Source: a bacterium UBP8_UBA817 (GTDB lineage: Bacteria; Margulisbacteria; Marinamargulisbacteria; SXXA01; SICP01). From it: 64,000 bases of DNA. The stretch is from the NCBI GenBank assembly GCA_945888435.1, contig CAMCZW010000005.1:3114-67113 (forward strand). Reading direction: 5' to 3'. The notes below the pieces were generated by a model. It was not told the DNA's origin, searched no databases, and saw nothing but the letters and a program-made list of their open reading frames with translations. The translations under genes were made by a program, and so were the position numbers. Position 1 is the stretch's first letter, and the number at the start of each line of letters is the position of its first letter. Positions 51,515 to 61,472 of the stretch are shown piece after piece.

Positions 51515-51640
51515 GACAGGGGATAAATGCCGCCATGCGGCCAACTCCCGAGGCTTAACTACACCGCTACGGCTGAGGCCTCCGCTCCTTGGTAGTCTGC
51601 GCCTCGTGATTTGACCACCTGACGACATTTATCCCCTGTC
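51515..51640. mobile_element. Palindromic MITE/RPE-like element, short copy
   Basis: Terminal inverted repeats gacaggggataaatg / catttatcccctgtc; core motifs shared with 27834-28054. Confidence 0.7.
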
Positions 51641-51674
51641 GGGGTTATCCAATGTTTGGCAAGAATCCAGCCCT

Positions 51675-51692
51675 TTCCCGCTTTTGCGGGAA
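51675..51692. repeat. Short palindrome (dRS3/REP-like), possible terminator downstream of rho
   Basis: TTCCCGC-TTTT-GCGGGAA followed by TGA. Confidence 0.5.
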
Positions 51693-51731
51693 TGATGGGG
51701 TTTTTGGTTTTTGAATTATTATTTTATTTAA

Positions 51732-53144
51732 TTATTTAAATATTGGAGAATTCAAAAATTCTTCGTTGGATTTAGTTTGTTTTAATAATTTAATTAATTC
51801 TTCAGTTGAGCTTTCGGAGTCCATGTTTTTGCGGAGTAAGTAGGCTTTTTTGAGGATATCTTCTGGGATGAGGAGCTCTTCTTTTCTGGTTCCAGAATTG
51901 ATGATGTCGATTGCCGGGAATATTCTTCGGTTCGCCATTTTTCGGCTGAGGTGAAGCTCCATATTTCCAGTGCCCTTGAACTCCTCATAGATGATGTCAT
52001 CCATTTTAGAGCCTGTATCGACTAGCGCAGTGGCCACGATGGTTAAACTGCCACCATGCTCGATATTTCGGGCCCCCCCGAAGAACCTTTTGGGTTTATG
52101 GAGAGAGCTTGGGTCTAAACCACCAGATAATGTTCGCCCAGATGGGGGTACGACGAGGTTATAGGCTCTAGCGAGACGTGTGATGGAGTCTAAGAGAATA
52201 ACGACGTCTTTGCCGCATTCTACTAGGCGCTTTGCACTCTCGAGTACTAATTCTGATACGCGAACATGCTGCTCTGGGGGTTCGTCGAATGTTGAGTAAA
52301 TAACTTCGCCTTTGACCGATCTTTCCATGTCAGTAACCTCTTCAGGACGTTCGTCAATGAGGAGGACTTTGATGAGAACTTCAGGGTGGTTAATTGCGAT
52401 TGCATTAGCGATGTCTTTCATAATCGTCGTTTTACCGGCTTTTGGAGGAGAAACGATGAGCGCGCGTTGGCCCTTTCCGATGGGGCATAGCATATCCATG
52501 ATGCGGCCAACGATTGGGACTGAGCCCGTTTCAAGATGTAATAATTCATCAGGATAAATCGGGGTTAGATTTGAAAATAAAGTTCTTTCCCTGATCATTT
52601 CTGGGCTTTCGTTATTAATCGCCTCTACTTTTAGTAATGAAAAATAACGTTCGCCTTCTTTAGGAGGGCGGACTTGGCCGGACAAACGGTCGCCGTTTGC
52701 GACCCCAAATCTTCTAATTTGAGTTTGAGAGACATAAATATCTTCTGAACTTGGTAAATAGTTATTGGTTCTTAAAAATCCATATCCATCCGGTAATATT
52801 TCGAGGATACCGCTCGCTAAGATAATGGCACTTTTTTCTGTTTTTGCTTGAAGGATATTAAAAATGAGGTCATTTTTTTTAAGTTGCTTGTAGTCGGGTA
52901 AATCAATTCCCTTGGCAAGTTCATGAAGTTCTTTTAAGGAGCTGCGTTGAAGTTCGACGATGTCTAATCGTTCGTCCGTGCTGCTATGTTCTCTGGGATT
53001 TGGATCTGGTTCGGATTGACTTCGGTCGGCTCTTTCGTCTACTTCTTGTGGGATTCCTTTAGGTCTGGGTTTATTGAATCGTTGTCTTTGCGGTTGGCCA
53101 GATTGCTTTTTGTCTTTGTTATTATACGGTTGCTGATTAGTCAT
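51732..53144 (-). CDS. rho: Transcription termination factor Rho
   Basis: [66 protein letters not shown]; about 60-aa polar N-terminal extension. Confidence 0.99.
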   Translation of the reverse strand: MTNQQPYNNKDKKQSGQPQRQRFNKPRPKGIPQEVDERADRSQSEPDPNPREHSSTDERLDIVELQRSSLKELHELAKGIDLPDYKQLKKNDLIFNILQAKTEKSAIILASGILEILPDGYGFLRTNNYLPSSEDIYVSQTQIRRFGVANGDRLSGQVRPPKEGERYFSLLKVEAINNESPEMIRERTLFSNLTPIYPDELLHLETGSVPIVGRIMDMLCPIGKGQRALIVSPPKAGKTTIMKDIANAIAINHPEVLIKVLLIDERPEEVTDMERSVKGEVIYSTFDEPPEQHVRVSELVLESAKRLVECGKDVVILLDSITRLARAYNLVVPPSGRTLSGGLDPSSLHKPKRFFGGARNIEHGGSLTIVATALVDTGSKMDDIIYEEFKGTGNMELHLSRKMANRRIFPAIDIINSGTRKEELLIPEDILKKAYLLRKNMDSESSTEELIKLLKQTKSNEEFLNSPIFK

Positions 53145-53420
53145 ATTGACTCCTTGATATCATTGGTTGTTTTTGTGGATTTTGATTGGGAGGAACACTG
53201 ATGATGTGATGTATTCCCTAGTTTTTTGGATAATAAACTTAACTTTTGTACCTTTATGTATCTTCAATTTGTTTTTTGTGAAAATAATTGGAAATTTTTG
53301 CGCCAAAGTTGATGGCTTTTGATTGAACTTACGAAGATTTTATCAATATCTCCTCTATCTCGCAAGATTTGAAGTAGTTTTAATTGTATAAAGAGGAAAG
53401 CATTTGATATATTTTGATCT

Positions 53421-54218
53421 ATGTTCCGTGTTTTTTTTCTCCTATTTTTTTATTGTGTGGCTTTAGGGCTTCCTGCTGAGGCGTTGGGATCTCGGGTTTC
53501 GCTGGATCCTAAACCTGTTAAGCGACGTGTTGAAGTGAAGCGTAAGCCTGTTGAAAAACCTATTGTGCATCATCATTTGCCGACTGCAGATGCGGTTCGA
53601 GCTGTTGTGCCAGCAGTTCAGGTGGCGTCTGTATCTAATACGCCCACGGTGTCGACTGCAGTATCTAATACAGTTCGTATCGCCTTACTTCGCGAGCTTG
53701 AACTTGTGAGACAGAGTATTCAAGATGATAGACATGCGACAGCCCTATCAACGATGCAGCATTTATCGGACCGCCTTCGGGCGATACAGACGGATGTCAT
53801 TGAATCCTTTTTTCCAGATACATTTCAAACACTGACGCCTCAGGGTAGGCCATCTTTAGAATATGTATCTGATCGATTTGGAGTCATCTTTTCCCGTCGG
53901 TATTTAAATCCGTCTTCTGGGCAACATTTGGATGTTTCTGTGATTCATCTGGATTCATCTGTACAAGAGTATTGGGATATTGTTAAAAACCCTAAACTAG
54001 CGGCCCATTTGGATACGGCCAAAATTATTGAAATCCAGGATGGGTATCGGGGGCTAGAAAAAGTAAATCCAACTTTAGGCCTGATCGAACGCAATATCGT
54101 ATTGAGTGATAGCTTGATGGTGAATATTGTGGCGGGTGGCAAAGATGTTAACCAGCTTATATTGGACTATACCCGACAAGTTCAATTTGGTAAGTTAAAG
54201 CGTTATTTGCAAGACTGA
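53421..54218 (+). CDS. Hypothetical exported protein
   Basis: Signal peptide (…LPAEA|L), basic and Val/Ser/Thr-rich linker with a short internal repeat (VSNT twice, 30-bp period), globular C-domain. Confidence 0.75.
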   Translation: MFRVFFLLFFYCVALGLPAEALGSRVSLDPKPVKRRVEVKRKPVEKPIVHHHLPTADAVRAVVPAVQVASVSNTPTVSTAVSNTVRIALLRELELVRQSIQDDRHATALSTMQHLSDRLRAIQTDVIESFFPDTFQTLTPQGRPSLEYVSDRFGVIFSRRYLNPSSGQHLDVSVIHLDSSVQEYWDIVKNPKLAAHLDTAKIIEIQDGYRGLEKVNPTLGLIERNIVLSDSLMVNIVAGGKDVNQLILDYTRQVQFGKLKRYLQD

Positions 54219-54252
54219 CGTGGTTCTGATAGGATTCCAAAATCGTCAAAAT

Positions 54253-54328
54253 GCTCCTGTAGCTCAGTCGGTAGAGCGTATCCATGGTAAGGATAAGGTC
54301 ATCGGTTCGATCCCGATCGGGAGCTCCA
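54253..54328 (+). tRNA. tRNA-Thr(GGT)
   Basis: GCTCCTG/CGGGAGC acceptor, TATCC/GGATA anticodon stem, ATGGTAA loop, TTCGATC T-loop, CCA. Confidence 0.96.
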
Positions 54329-54337
54329 GAAACTAGT

Positions 54338-55723
54338 ATGGATTTTACCCTCATTATTCATCATCTTCGCAAGCGCCTCTCAGACTCTCAGGTTGTTATA
54401 TCTGATTTGGAGAGAGAAGCGTATTCTCATGATCGTTCTCCCTATTTTGGGCCAGTTTCTTTGGATTTTATTATTTTGTTCCCCCACTCTGAGAGTGATG
54501 TGGAATTTATATTAAAAACATCAGATTTTTTTAATATTCCGATTGTGGTTCGAGGTGCAGGGACGGGTACGACGGGTGGCGCACTTCCCGTAACAGCCTG
54601 CTTGATGATGTCATTTGAAAAAATGGATCGTATTTTAGAAATTGATGTTGAAAATAGAGTAGCAGTCATTGAACCGGGTGTAATTACCGGTAATTTACAG
54701 CGTGAGGTGTCTGAAATTGGGCTTTTTTATCCGCCGGATCCAGCCAGCCTTGAGACCTGTACAATCGGTGGGAATGTGGCCGAGAATGCCGGTGGTCCTC
54801 GATGTCTTAAATATGGGGTAACCCGAGATTATATTTTGGGATTATCTGGATTTTATGTGGATGGCACTCCGTTTCATTTTGGTGGCAAACTTAGAAAAGA
54901 TGTGGCCGGTTATGACATGATTGGGCTTTTGGTGGGGAGCGAAGGAACACTCGCTGTTATCACTCAAATTATTGTGAAGCTGATTGCATTGCCTCTTGAG
55001 GGCCCTCTGATTCACTGCGCATTTACGAGTTATGATGAGGCATTTTTTGCGCTCAACTCTATTTTAACCTCTGGGGTAAGCCCAAGTGCTGTTGAGTTCA
55101 TGGATACGGCTTGTCTTAAGGCGATTAAGACCTGTCATGGAATTGATATTCAAGATAGTGACCACCCTGCTCATTTATTGATTGAACTGGATAGTCATGA
55201 TGCCGAACAATTCAAGAAAGATACAGAGATTATTCTGGATATTTTAAATCGAAGTCAAAGCTCGGTTCAGGTGATGTCTAGTGCATCCGAAAAAGAAATT
55301 CTCTGGAAAACTCGCCGCTTAATTTCACGTTCTCTCAAACAGCTTTTTCCTCAAAAAATCTCCCATGACATTGTTGTCCCTGTGTCTCGGGTATCCACTT
55401 ATATGGCCTTTATTTCTCAACTTTCAATAGAATCTGGAATTCAAATTATTGGCTATGGCCATTTGGGAGATGGGAATATCCATGTAAATATCTTAATTCC
55501 ACCAGATTGTGAAGATGCTCATATTGGAGAAATATTAACGCTTCAAATACTTGAACAAGCTATTTTACTTAAAGGAAGTATCACCGGCGAGCATGGGATT
55601 GGAGTTACTAAGAAACCGTTTTTAAATCTGATGTTTTCAGAGTACGATATCACGATCTTTCGAGGAATCAAGCGTACTTTTGATCCAAAGAATCTTTTAA
55701 ATCCACATAAAATTATTGACTAA
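54338..55723 (+). CDS. FAD-linked oxidase, GlcD/D-lactate dehydrogenase family
   Basis: RGAGTGTTGG, YPPDPAS, TIGGNVAENAGG, GSEGTL, GHLGDGNIH, GEHGIG, FDPKNLLNP; the real start must follow the tRNA. Confidence 0.93.
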   Translation: MDFTLIIHHLRKRLSDSQVVISDLEREAYSHDRSPYFGPVSLDFIILFPHSESDVEFILKTSDFFNIPIVVRGAGTGTTGGALPVTACLMMSFEKMDRILEIDVENRVAVIEPGVITGNLQREVSEIGLFYPPDPASLETCTIGGNVAENAGGPRCLKYGVTRDYILGLSGFYVDGTPFHFGGKLRKDVAGYDMIGLLVGSEGTLAVITQIIVKLIALPLEGPLIHCAFTSYDEAFFALNSILTSGVSPSAVEFMDTACLKAIKTCHGIDIQDSDHPAHLLIELDSHDAEQFKKDTEIILDILNRSQSSVQVMSSASEKEILWKTRRLISRSLKQLFPQKISHDIVVPVSRVSTYMAFISQLSIESGIQIIGYGHLGDGNIHVNILIPPDCEDAHIGEILTLQILEQAILLKGSITGEHGIGVTKKPFLNLMFSEYDITIFRGIKRTFDPKNLLNPHKIID

Positions 55724-55738
55724 CCGTTGGGGGGAATC

Positions 55739-57151
55739 ATGTCATCAGACTCTAATTTAAAACGCGTACTTGGACGATGGGATCTGGTAGGACTTGGTAT
55801 TGGGGCCATTATTGGCGCTGGTATTTTTGTCATTACCGGTCAGGCTGCGGCTGAATATGCAGGTCCTGGGATTGTACTTTCGTTTATTTTATCTGGGATT
55901 GTATGTGTGTTTGCGGGTTTATGTTATGCCGAACTTGCATCGATGATCCCTACATCTGGGAGTGCGTATGCGTATGCACGCGCATCGATGGGTAATTTTG
56001 TGGCATGGATTATTGGCTGGGATTTAATTTTAGAATATTTTTTTGCGTCTTCGACCGTAGCCGTGGGGTGGTCTGGATATTTTGTAAGTTTTTTAAAAGA
56101 ATTTGGAATTATTATTCCGCGCTATTTATCAAGTTCTCCATTTGGATTTGATCATATCCGAGGATGGTATTTAACCGGAGCGTTGATTAACCTCCCCGCG
56201 ATGATGATTATTGCCATTATTAGTATTTTGCTTGTGGTGGGAGTACGCGAATCGGTGAAAGTAAATGCGATTATTGTCCTGGTTAAATTAAGTGTTATTT
56301 TTTTATTTATTATTTTTTGTGCGCCTTATATTTCAACTCAGAATTGGATACCGTTCATTCCGGAGAACACGGGCGTATTTGGCCATTTTGGCTGGAGCGG
56401 TATTGCCAGGGGTGCAGCAGTTATCTTTTTTGCTTATATTGGATTTGACGCAGTTTCAACGGCCGCTCAAGAGGCCAAGAACCCGCAGAAGGATATGGCG
56501 TTTGGGATTTTGGGGTCTTTAATTTTATGTACGATTATTTATATTTTAGTGTCCTTAGTTTTAACTGGGATTGTGGATTACCGACTTTTGAATGTCCCAG
56601 ACCCGATTGCAGTTGGAGTGGATGCAGTGGGACCTGCAATTGCGTGGTTGAGACCCTTTATTAAATTAGGGGCGTTGGCTGGGTTAAATTCGGTTATTTT
56701 GGTCATGTTAATGGGACAATCCCGGATTTTGTATGCGATGTCTAAAGATGGGTATTTACCACGATTTTTCTCTAAGATTCATCCTAAATATCAAACCCCT
56801 TATTTAAATACTTTGATTTTAGGGATTTTAGGAATGATGATTTCGGGTATATTTCCGATTGGAATTTTAGGAGAGTTAGTGTCGATTGGGACGCTTTTTG
56901 CGTTTGCCATTGTTTGTATTTCGGTGTGGATTTTGCGGCGAACTCAGCCGAATATACCTCGGTATTTTAAAGTTCCCTGGGTACCGTTGATCCCAATCTT
57001 AGGGGCGCTATCTGCAGTTGGCCAAATGTTATCGCTGCCACCAGATACCTGGCTTCGGCTAATTGTTTGGATGGGGCTTGGATTATTGATTTACTATTTT
57101 TATGGTCGCAAACGGGTTAACGAGCCGAATATCGAAACATTTCCAGAATAG
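55739..57151 (+). CDS. APC superfamily amino acid permease (CAT-like)
   Basis: GIGAIIGAGIF, CYAELAS, GSAY, FFAYIGFDAVST, IGTLFAF. Confidence 0.95.
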   Translation: MSSDSNLKRVLGRWDLVGLGIGAIIGAGIFVITGQAAAEYAGPGIVLSFILSGIVCVFAGLCYAELASMIPTSGSAYAYARASMGNFVAWIIGWDLILEYFFASSTVAVGWSGYFVSFLKEFGIIIPRYLSSSPFGFDHIRGWYLTGALINLPAMMIIAIISILLVVGVRESVKVNAIIVLVKLSVIFLFIIFCAPYISTQNWIPFIPENTGVFGHFGWSGIARGAAVIFFAYIGFDAVSTAAQEAKNPQKDMAFGILGSLILCTIIYILVSLVLTGIVDYRLLNVPDPIAVGVDAVGPAIAWLRPFIKLGALAGLNSVILVMLMGQSRILYAMSKDGYLPRFFSKIHPKYQTPYLNTLILGILGMMISGIFPIGILGELVSIGTLFAFAIVCISVWILRRTQPNIPRYFKVPWVPLIPILGALSAVGQMLSLPPDTWLRLIVWMGLGLLIYYFYGRKRVNEPNIETFPE

Positions 57152-58142
57152 TATTGAGGGCTTTTTTTTGAGTACTTTCGTCGATTGAAATAATATCGGA
57201 CGCATCGGGCTCTTTTAGTACTCTCAAGATATCTTCTAATGTATTTGATTTCATATATTTGCACATAGTGCAGGTGCCTACAAATGTTTTGCCTGGTACT
57301 TCGGCTTGTAATCGATTGGTAAGTCCGCATTCTGTCAGTAGAAAAAATGTTGATTTTGGTGAGGCTTTGACATGATTGATCATCTGAGAGGTGCTTCCGA
57401 CATAATCCGATTGATTGAGTACTTGTGAATTGCATTCAGGGTGGCTTAATACTTCAACTTCTGGATACTGGACTCTTAAGAAGTCGATCATTTCGGCATC
57501 GTAATCCTCATGGACATAACAGGTGCCATCCCAATATTGAATTTCCTTGTTAATCCCTTTTCTTTTAAAATCTTCGATGACATTTTGGGCCATTAATTTA
57601 TCGGGTAAAAAATAGATTTTATCATTTGGGATTTCTTCAACAATTTTATAGACATTGGAAGAGGTAACACAGACATCACATTCTGCTTTTACGGCGGCTG
57701 AGGTGTTGATGTAGCAGACGAATGTGTGATTGGGATATTTGAGTTTAGCCGCTTGGACATCTGCTGCTGTGATGGAATCCGCGAGCGAACATCCATTATT
57801 TTTACCTGGGATTAATACCGTTTTACTGGGATTTAATAATTTTGCAGTGTCCGCCATAAATCTTACGGCAGCGAAGACGATGGTATCTGCCGTGGTTTCC
57901 TGGGCTTTTTTACTGAGTTCGTAGGAATCACCGACCGCATCTGCGACTCCATAAATAATTTCGGGACTTACATAGGAATGGGCCAAAATAATGGCATTTT
58001 TTTTCTTTTTTAATTCATTAATTTCATTAATTAATGGGGTAATTTTTCGGCATTTTTCCTGTGTAAATAAGCAAATATTAGCCGCAATTTTTATATTTTT
58101 TAATTTTTCAAATAATTCTTCCGGGGTAATTTTGGACATCAT
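57117..58142 (-). CDS. nadA: Quinolinate synthase A
   Basis: ILAHSY, GDS, GCSLAD, YINTSAAVKA, CYVH, HPEC, CMYMK-like CKYMK; 3' end overlaps the permease by 35 bp. Confidence 0.95.
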   Translation of the reverse strand: MMSKITPEELFEKLKNIKIAANICLFTQEKCRKITPLINEINELKKKKNAIILAHSYVSPEIIYGVADAVGDSYELSKKAQETTADTIVFAAVRFMADTAKLLNPSKTVLIPGKNNGCSLADSITAADVQAAKLKYPNHTFVCYINTSAAVKAECDVCVTSSNVYKIVEEIPNDKIYFLPDKLMAQNVIEDFKRKGINKEIQYWDGTCYVHEDYDAEMIDFLRVQYPEVEVLSHPECNSQVLNQSDYVGSTSQMINHVKASPKSTFFLLTECGLTNRLQAEVPGKTFVGTCTMCKYMKSNTLEDILRVLKEPDASDIISIDESTQKKALNTILEMFRYSAR

Positions 58143-58376
58143 TTAATTTCCATCATTTCCGATTGCGCCGACTGGACAAGCGTGTACCGCTAACTCACAA
58201 GCTTCAATTTCAGCATCAGTTTTGGGTTGGCTGTAGACGATGGCATGATCATTGTTTTGGACTAGCTTAAAGTTTTTTCTCGCAAGAGCAAAACAGGTAT
58301 CGCAAGCAATACAATCTCGATCGACATAGTACTTGCCGGGGGTGTTATCTGGATACTGATCGTTTTTATTTGCCAT
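58143..58376 (-). CDS. Single-cluster ferredoxin
   Basis: YYVDRDCIACDTC...CPVGAIG. Confidence 0.93.
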   Translation of the reverse strand: MANKNDQYPDNTPGKYYVDRDCIACDTCFALARKNFKLVQNNDHAIVYSQPKTDAEIEACELAVHACPVGAIGNDGN

Positions 58377-58449
58377 ATATCAGAAATACGACCATGATTA
58401 TTTTTTTCAGTTTATGCCTCTTTGTATCGTTATTTAAAGAAGCGGTATT

Positions 58450-59220
58450 TTAACATTGCTCAGCAAATGATTCCAACGTTGTATGGCAGATATAGGACCT
58501 GGCTCCATCTAAAATCAATTCTGTAAAATCTAGAGGGCTTTTTTCTTGAATGGAATACTCATTTCTAAATAAGTCTAAGACATCTTGTATGGAATACTCT
58601 TCAGCCCCGACGGCATTGACGATACCCGGTTTATCTTGGGCCTCTAGGATGCAGTCAATGAGATCTTCAACATAGGTATATTTTCTATAAATTGTTTTAG
58701 GGTCTCCATTGACCATAATTTTTTCTCTGAGCATGCATCTTGTAATCAGCATATCTGGCCTTGAATTTTCACCGTAGACTGTAAATGGCCGGACGATGGC
58801 CCAATTTGAATGAGTTTTGGTAATTTCTTCACATATTTTTTTGGAGATTGAATAGGGAGATTCGATATTGCCTAATACTGAGGATGAGGAAATATAAATT
58901 AATTTATCTGCTTTTACTTTTTGAAGTAATTTTAAATAGTCTAAACAATTATTTTGAAAATAATCGGTGGCAGGACGATGGGTGCGTACCCCTGCAAATG
59001 CCCCAAAATGGACTAAATACTCACAAGCTATTCCGTCTGGAATCTCTATTAAAGATGGATTAACGCCTTGCTTACGATTTAAAATAAGTTGGGGAGATGG
59101 GTTTCCGGTAGGTTGTTGGATGTCATAGACAAGGTAGTCTTTGGGATTTAGCCTTTTACAAAAATGGCTCCCTATAAATCCGTGACCGCCGATGACTAAA
59201 TATTTTATTTTTTGATTCAT
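58450..59220 (-). CDS. NAD-dependent epimerase, UDP-glucuronate 4-epimerase-like
   Basis: GGHGFIG, HFGAFAGVR, SSSSV, YSISK, RPFTVYG..SRPDM. Confidence 0.8.
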   Translation of the reverse strand: MNQKIKYLVIGGHGFIGSHFCKRLNPKDYLVYDIQQPTGNPSPQLILNRKQGVNPSLIEIPDGIACEYLVHFGAFAGVRTHRPATDYFQNNCLDYLKLLQKVKADKLIYISSSSVLGNIESPYSISKKICEEITKTHSNWAIVRPFTVYGENSRPDMLITRCMLREKIMVNGDPKTIYRKYTYVEDLIDCILEAQDKPGIVNAVGAEEYSIQDVLDLFRNEYSIQEKSPLDFTELILDGARSYICHTTLESFAEQC

Positions 59221-59242
59221 TGGATTTCCCCCAATTTAATTA

Positions 59243-60847
59243 TTATTCTGTGATGAGTGTCGGTATCCATTTTTGTCGATTGCCGATTTGTGAAGGATAC
59301 CTTCCTAGCTCTTCTTTCTTAACATGAGATTGATCCCCTTTATATTCTGATAAATCTAAAGGATTGTCGATTGTTAGTATAATGAGAGGCAGTCTTTCTG
59401 GCCATGAAGTCGCGTCTTTGGGATCCCACAATTTAATTTCTTTTCCTGCATAAAAGACATATTGCATGTGAATTCGAGATCGGGTGGTGTAAAAAGGGAT
59501 GTCTTTTAATTTTGGGTTATTTTTTAACACGGATAGGACTGTGTAATCATACTGACCTTTGATTTGTTCGGCCATTGCGGGATAGACCCCGATGACAAAG
59601 GCTATGACCACTGCCACGGTCGCATAAAATACACCCGCAGGATTATTTTTTTTGAAATACTGAATGACGATGCCGGTCGCCCCCCAGAGTAACATCCCCC
59701 CGAGGGTGCCTTCTGTAGGTGTGATGGAATGATCCAGAATGGCTTTAGTGAGCATTGCAGTTGCACCCGCTGAAAATAATAGAACGATAATGACATGAAT
59801 AGTGAGCAATCGCTTAGTAAGCATATTGATCCATAAGCCCCCTATCGTCATCGCCACTGGAACCCAGATCGGTAATAGGTACCTCATTTGTTTATGAGGC
59901 ATTACTGATAATAATAGTAATGTGATCCCAATCCAGATTAATAAAAATTTACCTAACTTCTGCTTTCCATCTAGCCGTTTTCTAATTAATGAACTATTAA
60001 GAATTGACCACCCAAGCCCCATCCATATTCCTGTTAAAAATAAAAAGTGACCATAAAACCACCAAGGTTGGACATGGCTACTCGTCCATGAGGATACCTC
60101 CTTATTAAGGGTCCCTACCCCAGCCGCCATATTAGTCATAGAGACTACGATCGGCCATGCGCCCCCAATGATTAGTGCGATGAGTAATGAGCCGATGACC
60201 TGTTTCCAATTTTTTTTGAGGTGAGTGATGCCATCCAATGCAATACACCATGCGGCTAAAAATGGGATAAAGAGAGAAAAATATCCGACAGGCCCTTTGC
60301 ATAGAAGTGACATCCCCATCGCGATCCCAAATCCCCACCAGTATCGTGCCTTAGAAATCCTGATTGCCTTGAGAAAGCACCAAATGGCACTTAGCATCGC
60401 AGCATGGACATAAATATCCCAAAAGTTTTCCCTGCCCATTTCGATCCAATGGATTGAGGTGGCGAGTATTAATCCAGCATAGAGAGCCCATTTTCGGTTT
60501 TGGGTAAGCTCAAAACATACTCCATATAAGGCAAGCACCATAATAATGGCCGCCAGCGCAGACGGTGTGCGTAATACAGTCAAATTATCAAATCCGCCGC
60601 CGATGATCGCAGCTATAGCCGTTAACCAGGTCGGCAATGGGGGCTTAGCAAGTCTTAGATCTCCATTCATTGTGGGGAGTAGCCAGGACCCATCTCTCAC
60701 AATTTCTCTGGCAGTCTGGAGGTTGCGGGCTTCCATTAACTCGGATACTTGGGGTAACCCTAGGTGGATAAATAGAACCGATGCAGATACGGCAACCAAG
60801 ATCAGCTGATGACAATATTTACGGCACCATTCTTTTATGAAATTCAT
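59243..60847 (-). CDS. ArnT/GT83 family lipid A-modifying glycosyltransferase
   Basis: MEARNLQTAREI, WLLPTMNG, KPPLPTW, RTPSA, LCKGPV, KQMRYLLP. Confidence 0.9.
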   Translation of the reverse strand: MNFIKEWCRKYCHQLILVAVSASVLFIHLGLPQVSELMEARNLQTAREIVRDGSWLLPTMNGDLRLAKPPLPTWLTAIAAIIGGGFDNLTVLRTPSALAAIIMVLALYGVCFELTQNRKWALYAGLILATSIHWIEMGRENFWDIYVHAAMLSAIWCFLKAIRISKARYWWGFGIAMGMSLLCKGPVGYFSLFIPFLAAWCIALDGITHLKKNWKQVIGSLLIALIIGGAWPIVVSMTNMAAGVGTLNKEVSSWTSSHVQPWWFYGHFLFLTGIWMGLGWSILNSSLIRKRLDGKQKLGKFLLIWIGITLLLLSVMPHKQMRYLLPIWVPVAMTIGGLWINMLTKRLLTIHVIIVLLFSAGATAMLTKAILDHSITPTEGTLGGMLLWGATGIVIQYFKKNNPAGVFYATVAVVIAFVIGVYPAMAEQIKGQYDYTVLSVLKNNPKLKDIPFYTTRSRIHMQYVFYAGKEIKLWDPKDATSWPERLPLIILTIDNPLDLSEYKGDQSHVKKEELGRYPSQIGNRQKWIPTLITE

Positions 60848-60848
60848 C

Positions 60849-61472
60849 TTAATCCTTTAGAGACTTTCGGTTGTAATAAATATTTCTCATATAAATTAAA
60901 ATCCCTAATACTTGGCCTGCCAACAAAATAGGATCTCTTCTGATCATGGCATAGACACTCAGTAAAACTCCGCCAACTACGCTTAACACCCAAAACCCGA
61001 GTGGGAAAAATGATTCTTTTCTTTTTTCAGAATAAAACCACTGATAGAAAAATCGAGAACTAAATACAATCTGACCCACCCACCCCAAAGCCATAACCGC
61101 ACACATGCTCGATTGGACTTTCATCATTTGTGACCATGAGTATGAGGAGTCGGTTAAGAATAGCCATGAAAAAATTAGCCATGGCACACCATAAGATAGT
61201 GTTTTAAATACAGAATTACGCCATTCTTTTTTGAGTGAAATATTTCGGATATAGACGACATAATTTAAAATTTGGCCTGCAAAAATAATAATGTCATTTC
61301 TTAAAATTCCGTATGCCATCATTAAAAGCGCGGCAACTATACTTAATTCCCAAAAAATGAGAGGATTTGCTACTTTTTTTTGTTTTTCTGTATGAAATAA
61401 TTGGGCAAATGACCGAGCCGCAAACAGTACTTGCGAGAGTAATCCTATTCCGAAAATCAGGAACTTCGTCAT
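60849..61472 (-). CDS. Tandem LAB_N (lipid A biosynthesis N-terminal) membrane protein
   Basis: Two repeats of G..Q..F..R...Q...EK.K...P..FW.LS...RD...GQ; ATG 61472 overlaps the GT2 stop region. Confidence 0.88.
   Translation of the reverse strand: MTKFLIFGIGLLSQVLFAARSFAQLFHTEKQKKVANPLIFWELSIVAALLMMAYGILRNDIIIFAGQILNYVVYIRNISLKKEWRNSVFKTLSYGVPWLIFSWLFLTDSSYSWSQMMKVQSSMCAVMALGWVGQIVFSSRFFYQWFYSEKRKESFFPLGFWVLSVVGGVLLSVYAMIRRDPILLAGQVLGILIYMRNIYYNRKSLKD

Noticed and set aside
51389-51628. 79-aa minus-strand ORF through the palindromic element
   Set aside because: Runs antisense into the FliG-like gene, has no SD, and no equivalent ORF is listed for the other copy.
53631-53671. gtatctaatac repeated at a 30-bp interval
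   Set aside because: Two copies only, encoding VSNT in a low-complexity linker; not an array.
54157-54354. 65-aa minus ORF and the 54284 start for the oxidase
   Set aside because: Both overlap tRNA-Thr; they are tRNA shadow translations.
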